Shown here piece by piece: positions 1 to 10,334 of a stretch of DNA of 64,000 nt (the first letter of the stretch is position 1; each line of letters opens with the position of its first letter). The stretch comes from Candidatus Pelearchaeum maunauluense (GTDB lineage: Archaea > Thermoproteota > Nitrososphaeria_A > Caldarchaeales > Caldarchaeaceae). The stretch lies in NCBI GenBank assembly GCA_030059675.1, contig JANVYQ010000001.1, positions 64,001 to 128,000 of the forward strand, written 5' to 3'. Made by a program: the position numbers and the translations under genes. The notes under the pieces are model-generated. The model was not told the origin of the DNA and searched no databases. It was given only the letters and a program-made list of their open reading frames with translations.

Positions 1-794
1 CGCTGCTTGTAGCCAAGCCGCCTTCGCCAGCAGATATCGGAACTGGAATAACATTTGTGGTTAGCTTATACATAGTCGGCGCAACAATAGCACCCGACGT
101 TACTCGCTTCTCACGTAAGCCAACAGACGGCCCTATAGCATGGTTTATTCACGTAGTATTCTTCATGCCTCTCATATTAGCTGCAGGCGGATTCCTACAA
201 CTACTCGCGCCAGGTCAGAACCTAGTGGGGGTCATGGTATCTCTGGGCATGATATGGGCAGTCCTTCTTACAGGAGTTCTGGGCCAGTGGACAACCAACG
301 ACAACAACCTATACTCGGCATCACTGGCCTGGTGCAATTCCATTCCAAAGATTAAGAGAGTCTACTGGGTCCTCATCATGGGAATAGCTGGAACGATAGT
401 CGCAGCACTCATAGGTTTCGGCTTTGGCATAAGCCTAGATGCCCTACTAGCATTCGGCCTATTCCTAGGAACATTCATCCCACCATTCACGGCCGTAATG
501 ATATCAGACTACTATGTTGTGAGACCTTACATACTGAAGGAGAAGGACCCTATGACCAGATATAGATTCGGACCAGGAACCGAGTATTATGCGCTAAGCT
601 GGCCCGATGCTATTGCCGTTATAGTGGGCAGCGCTTTGGCGTGGTATGTACCTCAGGTTAATCCAGCTATACCAGCTTTTGGTGTTGGTTTCTTGACTTC
701 GTTAATACTCCACATAGCGCTGATGGCTGTATGCGCAGTCGCCAAAATAAAGTGGGGAGTGGGCAAGTGGATTGAAACACCAACGGGGTGGTAA
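1..794 (+). CDS. Cytosine/purine (NCS1/CodB-like) permease, 5'-truncated by the window edge
   Basis: Frame is open from the window start; many TM segments; motifs APDVTRF, WTTNDNNLYS and PPFTAVMISDYY are typical of CodB/NCS1. Confidence 0.85.
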   Translation, partial: LLVAKPPSPADIGTGITFVVSLYIVGATIAPDVTRFSRKPTDGPIAWFIHVVFFMPLILAAGGFLQLLAPGQNLVGVMVSLGMIWAVLLTGVLGQWTTNDNNLYSASLAWCNSIPKIKRVYWVLIMGIAGTIVAALIGFGFGISLDALLAFGLFLGTFIPPFTAVMISDYYVVRPYILKEKDPMTRYRFGPGTEYYALSWPDAIAVIVGSALAWYVPQVNPAIPAFGVGFLTSLILHIALMAVCAVAKIKWGVGKWIETPTGW

Positions 795-797
795 TGG

Positions 798-1196
798 ATG
801 GAGGAGCAGATACCTCTACTATTAAGGAATGTGCGCATAACCCTCATAGCAGCCATAATACTAGCCATAATAGCGGCTACCGCATCAGCCACATCTGACA
901 AGGCCTTGATGGGCTTCACGATAAACACTATGCCGATTATTTTGTTCTCCCTCATTACCTTCGCGCGACTCTCCCCCAAGAAGGATGTCAAGTCCCTCGG
1001 CGAAGCAGCTATACAGGGATTATGGATAACTACATCGCTTGGGCTGGTTTACCTGACACTAGCGCCAGCCGCGTATTTCGCCCTCCCACAAACTAGCGTA
1101 GCAGTCATAATGCTCGCAGGTGCAATAACCACAATCACAGGAGCGGTAACACTTTACCGTATCTCAAAGACCACAGGAGTTGGACTCTCCGCATAA
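798..1196 (+). CDS. Small 4-TM membrane protein of unknown function
   Basis: Hydrophobic 132-aa ORF starting 3 nt after the permease stop. Confidence 0.6.
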   Translation: MEEQIPLLLRNVRITLIAAIILAIIAATASATSDKALMGFTINTMPIILFSLITFARLSPKKDVKSLGEAAIQGLWITTSLGLVYLTLAPAAYFALPQTSVAVIMLAGAITTITGAVTLYRISKTTGVGLSA

Positions 1197-1267
1197 AACC
1201 CAACAATTTGTTCTCTTCATAACATACAACTCAACCATATTCGCGGCTATTCCACGTTGTTTCAGCA

Positions 1268-1714
1268 TCATTGAACTATTATGTGGTCTATGTCGAAGTG
1301 TCGTTTGGCTAGGTATCTGGCTAGGTCTATTGTCCTGCCGTCTCTTCCTATTGCTATCCCCTTGTCGCGTGGATTTACGTTTACGACTATTATCTTTCTG
1401 CCGTCGGCCCTCTCGGTCAGCCTCACTGGCTCTATTATCTCTGCTGGATGTAGCGCGTTCTTGACGAAGCTTGTCGGGTCGTTGGCGAACTCTATAACCT
1501 TGATGCGCTTCTTGAGGAGGCGGGCTATCTCCTTTACGCGCTGCCCCTTTTTGGCCAGAGCCTTCCCTATATCCCCCTGCCTCACCAAGAAGACCAGCAA
1601 GTCGCCATCTTCCACGCAGTCAATAACAGAAGCACCCGTAGCCGCTTCAAAAAGCTGGATATAGCGCATCTCGCGTTCTGTGAGCTTTATGCCCTCACTC
1701 AACCTCAGACTCAC
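1268..1714 (-). CDS. nusA: Archaeal transcription elongation factor NusA (two KH domains)
   Basis: IKLTEREMRYIQLFE N-terminus, KG(I)AIGRDG KH motif, overlaps the L30e gene. Confidence 0.93.
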   Translation of the reverse strand: MSLRLSEGIKLTEREMRYIQLFEAATGASVIDCVEDGDLLVFLVRQGDIGKALAKKGQRVKEIARLLKKRIKVIEFANDPTSFVKNALHPAEIIEPVRLTERADGRKIIVVNVNPRDKGIAIGRDGRTIDLARYLAKRHFDIDHIIVQ

Positions 1715-2006
1715 CGACGGCCTCCATTATGCTGGAGCTTCCTGGGTCTAGTACCGCGATGCAGGCTGTGCTGAAGGGCTTTCTCAGCGCCAGTCCCAAA
1801 TCCTCTGCTGAGAGCTCGGTCTTGAGAAGGGGAACGCCAGACACGTTAGAGACCACCTCAGCCTCCACCTTGATAGTCTCTGGGCAGTTGCGCGCGAGTA
1901 TCAGCAGCCGTGCACGCTTGTTGAGCGCAGCTATCTTACTCTGCCTAAAGCCCACAACGTACTTGCCTGTCCTGTTGATGACCTCCAACTCCTGACTAAT
2001 GTCCAT
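1695..2006 (-). CDS. rpl30e: 50S ribosomal protein L30e
   Basis: MDISQEL..TGKYVVG..LILARNCP..LG.ALRKPF..AVLDPGSS; start moved to ATG 2006. Confidence 0.92.
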   Translation of the reverse strand: MDISQELEVINRTGKYVVGFRQSKIAALNKRARLLILARNCPETIKVEAEVVSNVSGVPLLKTELSAEDLGLALRKPFSTACIAVLDPGSSSIMEAVGESEVE

Positions 2007-2097
2007 CCTACCGACACCCTTTAGCCATGCTAGAGAAATCCCAGATTCGCTACGTATGACTGGAATATAAAGTCTCAAAGCCGCCTGCTTATACTGG

Positions 2098-2592
2098 CTA
2101 TTTTATGTATGACACACAATCACTATCAAAGTCTTTTACTATTATAGCTTCCCTCTCCGTTGGTATTGGCTGTATAGCCTTTAGCTCTGGGTAGAGCTCG
2201 AAGAGGGATGTGCTGGCCATCTTTGATGCTATGTGCTCTTCGCCCAGCTCTAGCTGGACTAGATGCTTGACCTGCTGTCTTGTCTGCTGCTCGTCTAGGC
2301 CGAATGTATGTAGGTATTCGTGGAGGAGGACTACGAAGACGTAGCTGTTTAGCTCTATACGCTCGCGCACTAGGCTTGCGAGAGCGTTTAGGATTAGCTT
2401 GTTGAGGACTATGGCGTTTGAGCCTACCGCTGTATATGCCGCTACGTGTGGTGGGAGGTCGGCCAGTATTAGCCCTAGCCCCGCGCGGTGGAGACCTAGG
2501 CGCCGTTCTACAACACGCTTAACCAGTTTAAAGACCTCGTCAAATGTTCCAACTTCTCTGAGCTGTCTGTCAAGGTTCTTGCCCTCTTTCAA
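2098..2592 (-). CDS. Conserved hypothetical protein with HExxH zincin-like motif
   Basis: VLLHEYLHTFG; TTG start. Confidence 0.65.
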   Translation of the reverse strand: MKEGKNLDRQLREVGTFDEVFKLVKRVVERRLGLHRAGLGLILADLPPHVAAYTAVGSNAIVLNKLILNALASLVRERIELNSYVFVVLLHEYLHTFGLDEQQTRQQVKHLVQLELGEEHIASKMASTSLFELYPELKAIQPIPTEREAIIVKDFDSDCVSYIK

Positions 2593-2662
2593 CCTACTTA
2601 CCTCTCGTAATCTACTTTACATATTCAACTATTTATATCCGTAAGCATTACTCGGGAACTAA

Positions 2663-3010
2663 ATGACACTAATCAACCTAGATGACGAGCAGAAACGCGA
2701 TGACGGCGAGGTATGCCCCATAGTTGAGTCTATCCGCATAGTGGGAAGCGCGTGGAAGTTGATAATCATACGCTACCTGCTTGACGGGCCGAAGGGCTTT
2801 AACGAGCTATTGCGCGCTGTTCATGGACTTAATTCTAAGACACTCTCACGCACCCTTAAGCAGCTACAGCAGGAGGGGCTAGTTGAGCGTCATGTGGTAG
2901 CTCTCCAGCCATTCAGCGTAGAGTATAGGCTTACCGAGAAGGGGCAGGCTCTCCAGCCAGTTATTCAAGCTCTACGTAAATGGGGTGAGGAGTGTGCTCT
3001 ACGCAAATAG
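2663..3010 (+). CDS. HxlR-family winged-helix transcriptional regulator
   Basis: CPI..IVGSAWKLII..F.EL..SKTLS..L..L..VEYRLTEKG. Confidence 0.9.
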   Translation: MTLINLDDEQKRDDGEVCPIVESIRIVGSAWKLIIIRYLLDGPKGFNELLRAVHGLNSKTLSRTLKQLQQEGLVERHVVALQPFSVEYRLTEKGQALQPVIQALRKWGEECALRK

Positions 3011-3016
3011 GAGCGC

Positions 3017-4042
3017 CTACCCCCCTATCGTGTGCATCGGCCTTATATGCGGCGCCAGCTTCTTGCTGCTCAGAAGAGCCTCCACACCGGGGGATTTCAT
3101 GTAGAAGACACGCCTTATGAACAGCTCTAGCTCCTCATCCGACGCGCCGCTCCTAATCAACTGCTTTATGTCATATTCGTCGTTGCTGAAGAGGCATGGG
3201 ACTATCTTCCCATCCGCCTTCAGCCTTATCCTATCACAGTCCCCGCAGAAGGGTTCTGTCATTGATGTTACGATGTTTATCTCCCCTGGCGCGCCGTCTG
3301 AGAATCTATACACCTTAGCTGTGCTTCCCGCCTCGCGCGGTAGAGGCTTAAGCCCATAGACCGAGCTTATCCGCTCAACTATCTCACGCCCACTAACCAC
3401 ACGCTTAGTATCCCAGAGCCTTTGGCCATCAAACGGCATATACTCAATAAACCTAACAACAGTACCAGTCTCCCTGGCAAGCTCGGCGAAATCCAGAATC
3501 TCATCATCATTACAGCCACGTGTTACTACGCAGTTTATCTTGACTGGCCTTAGCCCAACACTGAGCGCCGCCCTTATCCCATCAACCACGCGGCCGAAAG
3601 CCCCCTTTCGCCCAACTATCACCTCGTATCTCTCTGACTTTAAGCTATGGAGGCTCACCGTAACGCTTTGAAGCCCAGCCTCTTTGAGCTTCCCAGCCTT
3701 CTCAGCCAGAAGGAAGCCGTTAGTCGTCATGGAGAGGCTCTCGACTCCGCGCGTTGAGGCTATCATTGCTACGAGCTTCTCTACATCATTACGCACCAGC
3801 GGCTCTCCCCCAGTTAAGCGTACCTTACTAACCCCCATAGATGCGAGAATACCAACAATACGAGTTATCTCCTCATAGGTTAGAAGCTCATCATGCGGAA
3901 TCCACACAGGGTTATTAGGCATGCAGAAGCTACACCTAAAATTACACCTATCGGTTACAGAGATTCTAAGCTTATGCGCGACTCTGCCGAATCCATCAAC
4001 TAGGGGAGGGCGGCTGGCGTGGCTACTCATCCACATATACAT
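3017..4042 (-). CDS. moaA: GTP 3',8-cyclase (molybdopterin biosynthesis, radical SAM)
   Basis: LRISVTDRCNFRCSFC, LTGGEP, FCGDCDR..PCL, C-terminal MHTIGG. Confidence 0.96.
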   Translation of the reverse strand: MYMWMSSHASRPPLVDGFGRVAHKLRISVTDRCNFRCSFCMPNNPVWIPHDELLTYEEITRIVGILASMGVSKVRLTGGEPLVRNDVEKLVAMIASTRGVESLSMTTNGFLLAEKAGKLKEAGLQSVTVSLHSLKSERYEVIVGRKGAFGRVVDGIRAALSVGLRPVKINCVVTRGCNDDEILDFAELARETGTVVRFIEYMPFDGQRLWDTKRVVSGREIVERISSVYGLKPLPREAGSTAKVYRFSDGAPGEINIVTSMTEPFCGDCDRIRLKADGKIVPCLFSNDEYDIKQLIRSGASDEELELFIRRVFYMKSPGVEALLSSKKLAPHIRPMHTIGG

Positions 4043-4634
4043 AGCAGGGAGTAGTTTAAAAGCATATTTGCGAAAATTTATGGTGTTTCCGTTAAGAATT
4101 TGTTGTGTGTGGCTGTTCTGGCGGACTGATGGGTTTGCTGGAGTCTGTTATTGATGATTGGGGTTTCCCCCTGTTGTTGGCGGCTTGCGTATGCTGTTTT
4201 TGTGGGATGGTTAGTTTGCTGAGAGCCCTCCGACGAGTATTGTTGTGCTGGTTTAATGTCCTTGCCGCGTATCGGGAGCGTCTTGAAGGCTGGTATCGTG
4301 TCGTGTTGGTCAGGCCTGCTATCCTGTCGCGGAGCGCCTGCATGTGATAAGGGGCTTATCGGCTTGCTGGACTCGACATCAAGCCTAGCCCCATGCAGCT
4401 TGGCTACTATCGCCGGGCATTAAGAGCACTGGGGGATGCTGTTGTATTCCTGCTCTTGCAGGCGCTGTAAGATATAGCGCATGGGAGCTCCAGCCATAAG
4501 CTAATAAATGTCTTGGTGTTCAGGCCCCCCTCCACCTGACGTCTCAGAAATCCAAAAAGGAATTGAAAGGCTGTCTATCGCTACTAGGTGCTGGCGCTGG
4601 TACTATGCTACTATTTTTGTGGGTGTGGTTACTG

Positions 4635-5069
4635 TTATTGTTGAGTTGCTATGCCTTCTGGATAGGCTATCTCGATTTCAAGCTCGCTTTTTATCGTATG
4701 GCTTCGCTGGATTATCTGCTGGTCTAGGGTTGCTAGCTTCGTGGCTTTCATGACTAGGCACGCGGCTATGTGCAGTAGGTCTAGCGTTCTGAGCCTTAGG
4801 AGGGGCGCCAGCTTGTAGGCTTGCTTGAGCGTGTCGCTGAAGTCTATCTCGACCAGCCTCGCCCCTGCCAGCTCTATGGAGTACAGCGCCAGCTCCAGGG
4901 GCTTCTCAAGCCCGGCCCTCGCGTAGACTGAGGCCAGCTCCACAAGGACTAGCCTGCTGGCCGCTTTCTCGGCTCCGCCTAGCCTTTCCACGAGTCTCTT
5001 GGCAGCATCATGGTTCGGGTCCTTCTCATCTGCATAGGAGATAACTAGGCTCGTGTCGAGGTATATCAC
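4635..5069 (-). CDS. vapC: PIN-domain (VapC) toxin
   Basis: IYLDTS, E, LRTLDLLHIA, ATLD PIN motifs. Confidence 0.88.
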   Translation of the reverse strand: MIYLDTSLVISYADEKDPNHDAAKRLVERLGGAEKAASRLVLVELASVYARAGLEKPLELALYSIELAGARLVEIDFSDTLKQAYKLAPLLRLRTLDLLHIAACLVMKATKLATLDQQIIQRSHTIKSELEIEIAYPEGIATQQ

Positions 5070-5320
5070 CTGCTTCCCCTCTCCTCGTCTAAGAGCGGTC
5101 TCAGCCCGCCGTGGCTTATCCTATGGCCTGCCTTTCGGAGTTCCTCCACCCCTCTCCTCACCCGCTCCCAGAACTCGACCTCCCTTGCGACATGCTCTAG
5201 GCCATGCTGTATCATCAGGTTAACTGCGTGCGACCTGCTCCTAGCTAGGCCTAACTCGACCATCCTATCCGCCAGCTCCACGACCTCCCTCCTAAGCTTA
5301 ACCGACACAGGTATGCTCAA
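5066..5320 (-). CDS. Ribbon-helix-helix antitoxin (VapB-like)
   Basis: PVSVKL..V.L.D.MV..GLARSRSHA; 4-nt overlap with the PIN gene. Confidence 0.78.
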   Translation of the reverse strand: MSIPVSVKLRREVVELADRMVELGLARSRSHAVNLMIQHGLEHVAREVEFWERVRRGVEELRKAGHRISHGGLRPLLDEERGSR

Positions 5321-5496
5321 GAATACCTAGAAATACCATGGAACACCAACTAATAAACCTATCCCCTGATTTCCATCAAACTTTATTGCGGTGCTGTTGG
5401 TGGATTGTCGTCTCTAGCTGGTTATTGCTGCTAGAGTATGTGTTCCTGCACCCTCCCTCAGACCACGATGGGTGATGCTGTGTGTAGCTGTATATC

Positions 5497-7275
5497 CTAT
5501 TCGAAGTCCATTACGTTGTATATCTCGCGGGGCATGTCTGGGCATCTCTTATCCATCCAGTATTTGCTCTGCTCGACCTGGGACTTTAGGAGCGCCTTAA
5601 ACTCTTCCATGGAGAGGTGTGTGGTTGGCTCAAGCTCTTTCAAGCGTTCCTGGCTTATTCCTGGGACTCCCGCCGGGATTAGGACTTTCTCGCCCCATAT
5701 TGGGTGGGGCTTCCACTTGACCGCGCCGCGTGTTGCTTGTAGGAGGAAGAGCTCGGTCTCCTCAATCGTAGGCCTAGTACCGCCCACCACCTTAAGTGAG
5801 CCATTAACCTCAACCAGCTCTGGCGTGGGAGACATTATCACCCTATCGCCCAGCTTAACCTCGCTCCACCTATACTTGGCCACTATCCTACCCGTGGTGT
5901 TTAGCTGGAAGACATCAATCGGGTCTCCCCTCTCATACCTCTTCCTCAGCAACTCATAAAACCTCACCACATGCGCCGTGTCCAAGACGCCCATGGTGAA
6001 CTCAGAGTACCGTGGGACGAATCGTACTTTTCCTATAAGCTCGCGCTCCTGCGCCAGGTGGCCGACGGTTCTCCCATCAGCCAAAACCTTCGCAGCGAAC
6101 GCGGGGTCTGCGAGCTTCACCCACGCGTAGTCGGTGAAGTAGCCAGGAGTTAGGAAGACAGCAGTGTTAAGCGGTGCTGTTGAGTCTATTTCACCGTCAA
6201 AGTATCCAGTGTCGTCTAGGTAGATTACTGAACGCGCGTTTTTGTTTTTGAGGCCGAAGTATTGGAAGAGTTCTCCCGCGAAGCTTGGGTTCCCATTCAT
6301 GTCAAATTCTGTGTTTTCATGCAGGGCGCGTGGGCTTATCGCCGCATTCCACATGGCTTCCTGTTCTGGTGTGAGGTCTTCAGTCTTCGTCCACGAGCCG
6401 CGCTCAGAGCCGTAGACCCGCTCCTCTCCAACAGCTATTATATCATCATTCCTTATGCGCTGCTCCTTCACGTAGTCAAGCGGGTTTATGCCAAACTCGC
6501 GGACATACTTCTCCACGCTGCTGGGGGTCCAGACATACATCCCATGCGTGGATTTTCCAGAGCCGGTGAGCCCCCAGATAGCCATGACGACGGTCTTCCA
6601 GTTGTTATCAACAGTTTTCACGCGGAACTCGCGGAGCGCTGCATGTTCGCCAGTGTAGCCGCGTTTGTATACGTGGTATATCCAGTGGGTTAGTGCTGCC
6701 TTCTTCACCTCTCCCTGGTATGATGAGGCTGTTATGATTGTGAAGTTATGGAATGGGAAGCGCATGACCATCAATAGCCTGTTAGTGTTTGGGATTATTG
6801 GATTACCTAGGTAGTGGGGTATCGCTATTATCTCTACGTCGGGCTCACCGTCAGGAGGCGCTGGGAAGACGAGCTGCCACCACCTATACGCTATATCTGG
6901 AAACTGCGGGTCTACATAGACGCGGGTATGCATCTGGACTGGGCCGCCTGGCTTGCCTACGTAGCCGTCAACCTTTATGAGCGGCCCCTGAGCCAAGACA
7001 TGCTCCAAAACCCTTAGCATGAGTATCTTATGCTCTCTGGTGAGCTGTGAGTTGTCCTCAATTATTACAGTGCTCGCGGCTGAGCGGCTCCATATATTAG
7101 ACGCCCAGCCCAGTGAGCCGTTCTTGTACTGTGTTGCGTATAGCTTGGCTCTGTCCAGCAGGTCTTTAGGGTTGTCCCATACCGCGCGGAGGCCAGCTTT
7201 CTCCTTTAGTTTGAGAATCCTATAGAATGTCTCCTTAAACCCCTCTATACTCATCTCATCAATATTTGGAATCAA
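5497..7275 (-). CDS. pckA: Phosphoenolpyruvate carboxykinase, divergent ATP-type family
   Basis: YQGEVKK, EHA, GLTGSGKST P-loop, NDD kinase-2, SERGSWTKT, ENT, NARS, LNTTG. Confidence 0.8.
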   Translation of the reverse strand: MIPNIDEMSIEGFKETFYRILKLKEKAGLRAVWDNPKDLLDRAKLYATQYKNGSLGWASNIWSRSAASTVIIEDNSQLTREHKILMLRVLEHVLAQGPLIKVDGYVGKPGGPVQMHTRVYVDPQFPDIAYRWWQLVFPAPPDGEPDVEIIAIPHYLGNPIIPNTNRLLMVMRFPFHNFTIITASSYQGEVKKAALTHWIYHVYKRGYTGEHAALREFRVKTVDNNWKTVVMAIWGLTGSGKSTHGMYVWTPSSVEKYVREFGINPLDYVKEQRIRNDDIIAVGEERVYGSERGSWTKTEDLTPEQEAMWNAAISPRALHENTEFDMNGNPSFAGELFQYFGLKNKNARSVIYLDDTGYFDGEIDSTAPLNTAVFLTPGYFTDYAWVKLADPAFAAKVLADGRTVGHLAQERELIGKVRFVPRYSEFTMGVLDTAHVVRFYELLRKRYERGDPIDVFQLNTTGRIVAKYRWSEVKLGDRVIMSPTPELVEVNGSLKVVGGTRPTIEETELFLLQATRGAVKWKPHPIWGEKVLIPAGVPGISQERLKELEPTTHLSMEEFKALLKSQVEQSKYWMDKRCPDMPREIYNVMDFE

Positions 7276-7407
7276 TTTCTTAACCTCCCCGCTGGCGGCG
7301 TTGAGCCTGGTGTATTTTTAGACAAACACTCTCGGTAAGCGAAGGTTTTAACTATTGCTATTTCTCGCTATTGCTTCCTCACCAACATATCTAAAGGATA
7401 GTTAGTG

Positions 7408-8541
7408 TTAGTGGGTTAGTTTCTTGAGATTTTTTACTATCTGCGTGGTAAATCTCCGCGGACTGAACCTAGCTGCGAATCTGATGGAATTTCTACTCAG
7501 CCGCCGCCACTCCTTCTCTGGCAGGGTTAGGGTTTTCTCGATGTATTTTACCAGTTGCTCATCATTCCTTGCTATATAGCCTGTCTGCCTGTGGCGCATG
7601 ACCTCGCAGAGGCCTGCTGGGTATCTTACTATTACAGGGCATCCCTGGCTCATCGCCTCTATCGGCGCCATACCGAAGTGCTCACCTACTCTTGGATGGA
7701 CATAGACCTTGGCAGTGCGGTAGAGCTCCAGTAGCTTCTGGCCGGAGACCGTTCCCAGGAACTCGACACCATCAGGCTGGTCAAGCTCGCCGCGTAGCTC
7801 GTCAAAGTAATAGCTGTGGCGCGGGTCTGTATAGCCAGCCAATACGAGGCGCGCGTCGGGTATCTTCCTCCTTATACTCCTAAACCACCGTATAAGCTCC
7901 TTCTGCCGCTTCAACGGCACGGTACGCGCGATGTATATTACTGTATTCTCACGCTCGCCGTCGGGCTCTGGCTTATTCTCTATGAAGAACCTGCTTATCC
8001 GCGGATATACCACAACGGCATTACGCTTCCAGTGCTGCTTTATGGCGCGTTGTGTCAGCTTAGAGTTGCAGAAGAGAAGGTCAACGCAGTGCACCAGCTT
8101 ATCAGCCAGCATGGGGAACCTATACCGCTGGATATACTCGTTGAGATTTACATCCGATATCTCCTCGTCGTATGGGAAGTGGACGTAGACCGCTGTCTTT
8201 AGTGGGTGGGGTGTCATTTTCATGAGCGCCGCGTAGGCTGTCTCCTGTATCACTACCAGCGACGCGTCTGGTTTGAATTCGTCTATTGCTTTCTTCAGAG
8301 CCTTATAGTCTGATATGAGTCTATCGGCCAGCTCATCCCCAAGTAGCTGGATGCGGTCTATCCAGTAGAGCTTTATCTCATCACGCCGCGGGAACCAGCT
8401 CTCCTCCATAGACGCCGTTACCAGCCCTACTTCATGCCCCATCTCAAGCAGCTCTGACACTAGGATACTCGTCATCCTCTCCGAGCCGCCCAGCATGTCC
8501 AGGTGAGGATGAGCCAGCAGTAGCTTCATAGGCTTACTCAC
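7408..8541 (-). CDS. GT4 family glycosyltransferase
   Basis: GGSER, NS..T, EHFGMAPIEAMSQG motifs. Confidence 0.9.
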   Translation of the reverse strand: MSKPMKLLLAHPHLDMLGGSERMTSILVSELLEMGHEVGLVTASMEESWFPRRDEIKLYWIDRIQLLGDELADRLISDYKALKKAIDEFKPDASLVVIQETAYAALMKMTPHPLKTAVYVHFPYDEEISDVNLNEYIQRYRFPMLADKLVHCVDLLFCNSKLTQRAIKQHWKRNAVVVYPRISRFFIENKPEPDGERENTVIYIARTVPLKRQKELIRWFRSIRRKIPDARLVLAGYTDPRHSYYFDELRGELDQPDGVEFLGTVSGQKLLELYRTAKVYVHPRVGEHFGMAPIEAMSQGCPVIVRYPAGLCEVMRHRQTGYIARNDEQLVKYIEKTLTLPEKEWRRLSRNSIRFAARFSPRRFTTQIVKNLKKLTH

Positions 8542-8619
8542 ATCCGCACTGGTATTAGGTGTTAAGATTGTCCTTACCCAATATAATTTTTAAATTGTGT
8601 AGGCCTGGGCTTCTATGGC

Positions 8620-9636
8620 TTGATGCGGGCTGTGTTTATGACTGGGTATGGGAGGCCGCTGGAGGTTAGGGAGATTGAGGCCCCCAGGCCTGGAGCTGGC
8701 GAGGTTCTGGTCAGGCTTGAGATGACGGGGGCGTGTTATAGGGATATCCTCACCGTGGAGGGGTTCTTCCCCAAGGCTAGGCCGCCGCTCATACTTGGCC
8801 ATGAGATAGCTGGCAGGATTGCTGAGCTGGGTGAGGGTGTGGAGGGCTTCACCAAAGGCGAGCGCGTGGTCTCACTAACATATACGTACTGCGGCCAGTG
8901 TAGAAACTGCAAGTCAGGCAGGGAGAACATCTGTAGGAACAGGCTCTGGTACGGCGAGGATATGGACGGCTCGTATGCTGAGTATATTCGCGTAAAGGCT
9001 GGTTCTCTGGTCAAAGTCCCCGACGAAGTGCCGCCAGAGGGCGCGGCAATAGCTGCGTGTGTAACGGGGATGCTCATCCACGCTTTCCAACGCGTGGCTA
9101 AGCTCTCTGAGAACGAGACTGTGCTGGTTACTGGAGCTGGCGGGGGTGTTGGGATACATGCCGTACAGATAGCCAGAGCATTGGGAGCGCGGGTAATAGC
9201 CTTGACAAGCTCCCCAAGCAAGGTTGAGCAGATATCAAAGGCTGGTGCTGATGAGGTTTTAGTTCTCAGCGACAGGGTGGGTGAGGAGATTAAGCGCCTC
9301 ACGGGCGGCGAGGGCGTTGACCTAGTTCTGGAATCCGTAGGCCAGCTAACGTTCAGCGTATCGTTAAGAGCCTTAGCGTGGGGTGGGCGCATAGTTAATG
9401 TGGGAAACGTTAGCGCGTCTTCCGTTGAGATTCCACTAGGTCTTGTAATACTCCGCGAGAATATGGTCTCTGGCTCTATAAGCAGCACCAAGAAGGATGT
9501 TGAGCAGGCGTTGGAGATGACGGCGCGGGGGTTGATAAGACCTATAGTCACCGTGCTCCCGCTGGAGAAGGCTCAGGAGGCACACGAGTTGATGAAACGC
9601 CGCGAGAGCGTGGGGAGAATGCTCTTCAAGCCCTAA
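8620..9636 (+). CDS. Zn-dependent MDR oxidoreductase, acryloyl-CoA reductase-like
   Basis: CYRD, LGHE, CxxCxxC...C structural Zn site, ACVTGM, TGAGGGVGIHA. Confidence 0.85.
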   Translation: MMRAVFMTGYGRPLEVREIEAPRPGAGEVLVRLEMTGACYRDILTVEGFFPKARPPLILGHEIAGRIAELGEGVEGFTKGERVVSLTYTYCGQCRNCKSGRENICRNRLWYGEDMDGSYAEYIRVKAGSLVKVPDEVPPEGAAIAACVTGMLIHAFQRVAKLSENETVLVTGAGGGVGIHAVQIARALGARVIALTSSPSKVEQISKAGADEVLVLSDRVGEEIKRLTGGEGVDLVLESVGQLTFSVSLRALAWGGRIVNVGNVSASSVEIPLGLVILRENMVSGSISSTKKDVEQALEMTARGLIRPIVTVLPLEKAQEAHELMKRRESVGRMLFKP

Positions 9637-9638
9637 GC

Positions 9639-10052
9639 TTATGATTTACGCACATCATACCCAACTATCCTAAGCATCCAGCGAATCACATCCCTCTCAG
9701 TAACTATCCCAACGAGCCTCCCATTCTCAAGAACTGGAAGACGCCTTATACGATGCTCATGCATGAGCGTAAATGCTTTAAGTATGGGTGTGTCAGGTGT
9801 GCAGGTTATTAGAGGATTAGACATCACCTTCTTCACAGGCATGTTAAACAAATCTCTATACAAGACCAGCCCCCTCAATATATCCCGCTCAGTCAAGATA
9901 CCAACTGGAGAACCATCACGCACAACCACTACAGAGCCTATATCATGCTTGTTCATAACTTGCAGAGCATAGCTTATTGACGCGTCCTCGTCAACGCATA
10001 CGACTGGCGAGGACATGATGTCGCGGAGATAGCGCGGGAGGTCAATTATCAT
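9639..10052 (-). CDS. Stand-alone CBS-pair protein
   Basis: Two CBS repeats (GILTERD, GIVTERD). Confidence 0.9.
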   Translation of the reverse strand: MIIDLPRYLRDIMSSPVVCVDEDASISYALQVMNKHDIGSVVVVRDGSPVGILTERDILRGLVLYRDLFNMPVKKVMSNPLITCTPDTPILKAFTLMHEHRIRRLPVLENGRLVGIVTERDVIRWMLRIVGYDVRKS

Positions 10053-10334
10053 ACGGATTACATAGATGGGTTGATGATATTAACCATAGTAGAGGAAGGC
10101 TACTATCCCTCTAAAGAGAAGATGACTAGCATCGTATCACATGCTTCTTCCGAAGAGCTTAGGCTATTATCGCTGGATTAGAATAACAATTACGGTTATT
10201 CTTCATCCAGGCTTAGGCCTTATGGTAAGGCCAAGCTTATGATGTCTCGGATATTTCTGGAGTATTAGCCATGGTAGCTGTGTTGGTGTTTTCTTAAACT
10301 CTTTAACTATCGGCTCACATATTATACTTGTTGG

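Noticed and set aside
4092-4630. Short ORFs between moaA and vapC
   Set aside because: No motifs recognised; may be gene debris but cannot be assigned
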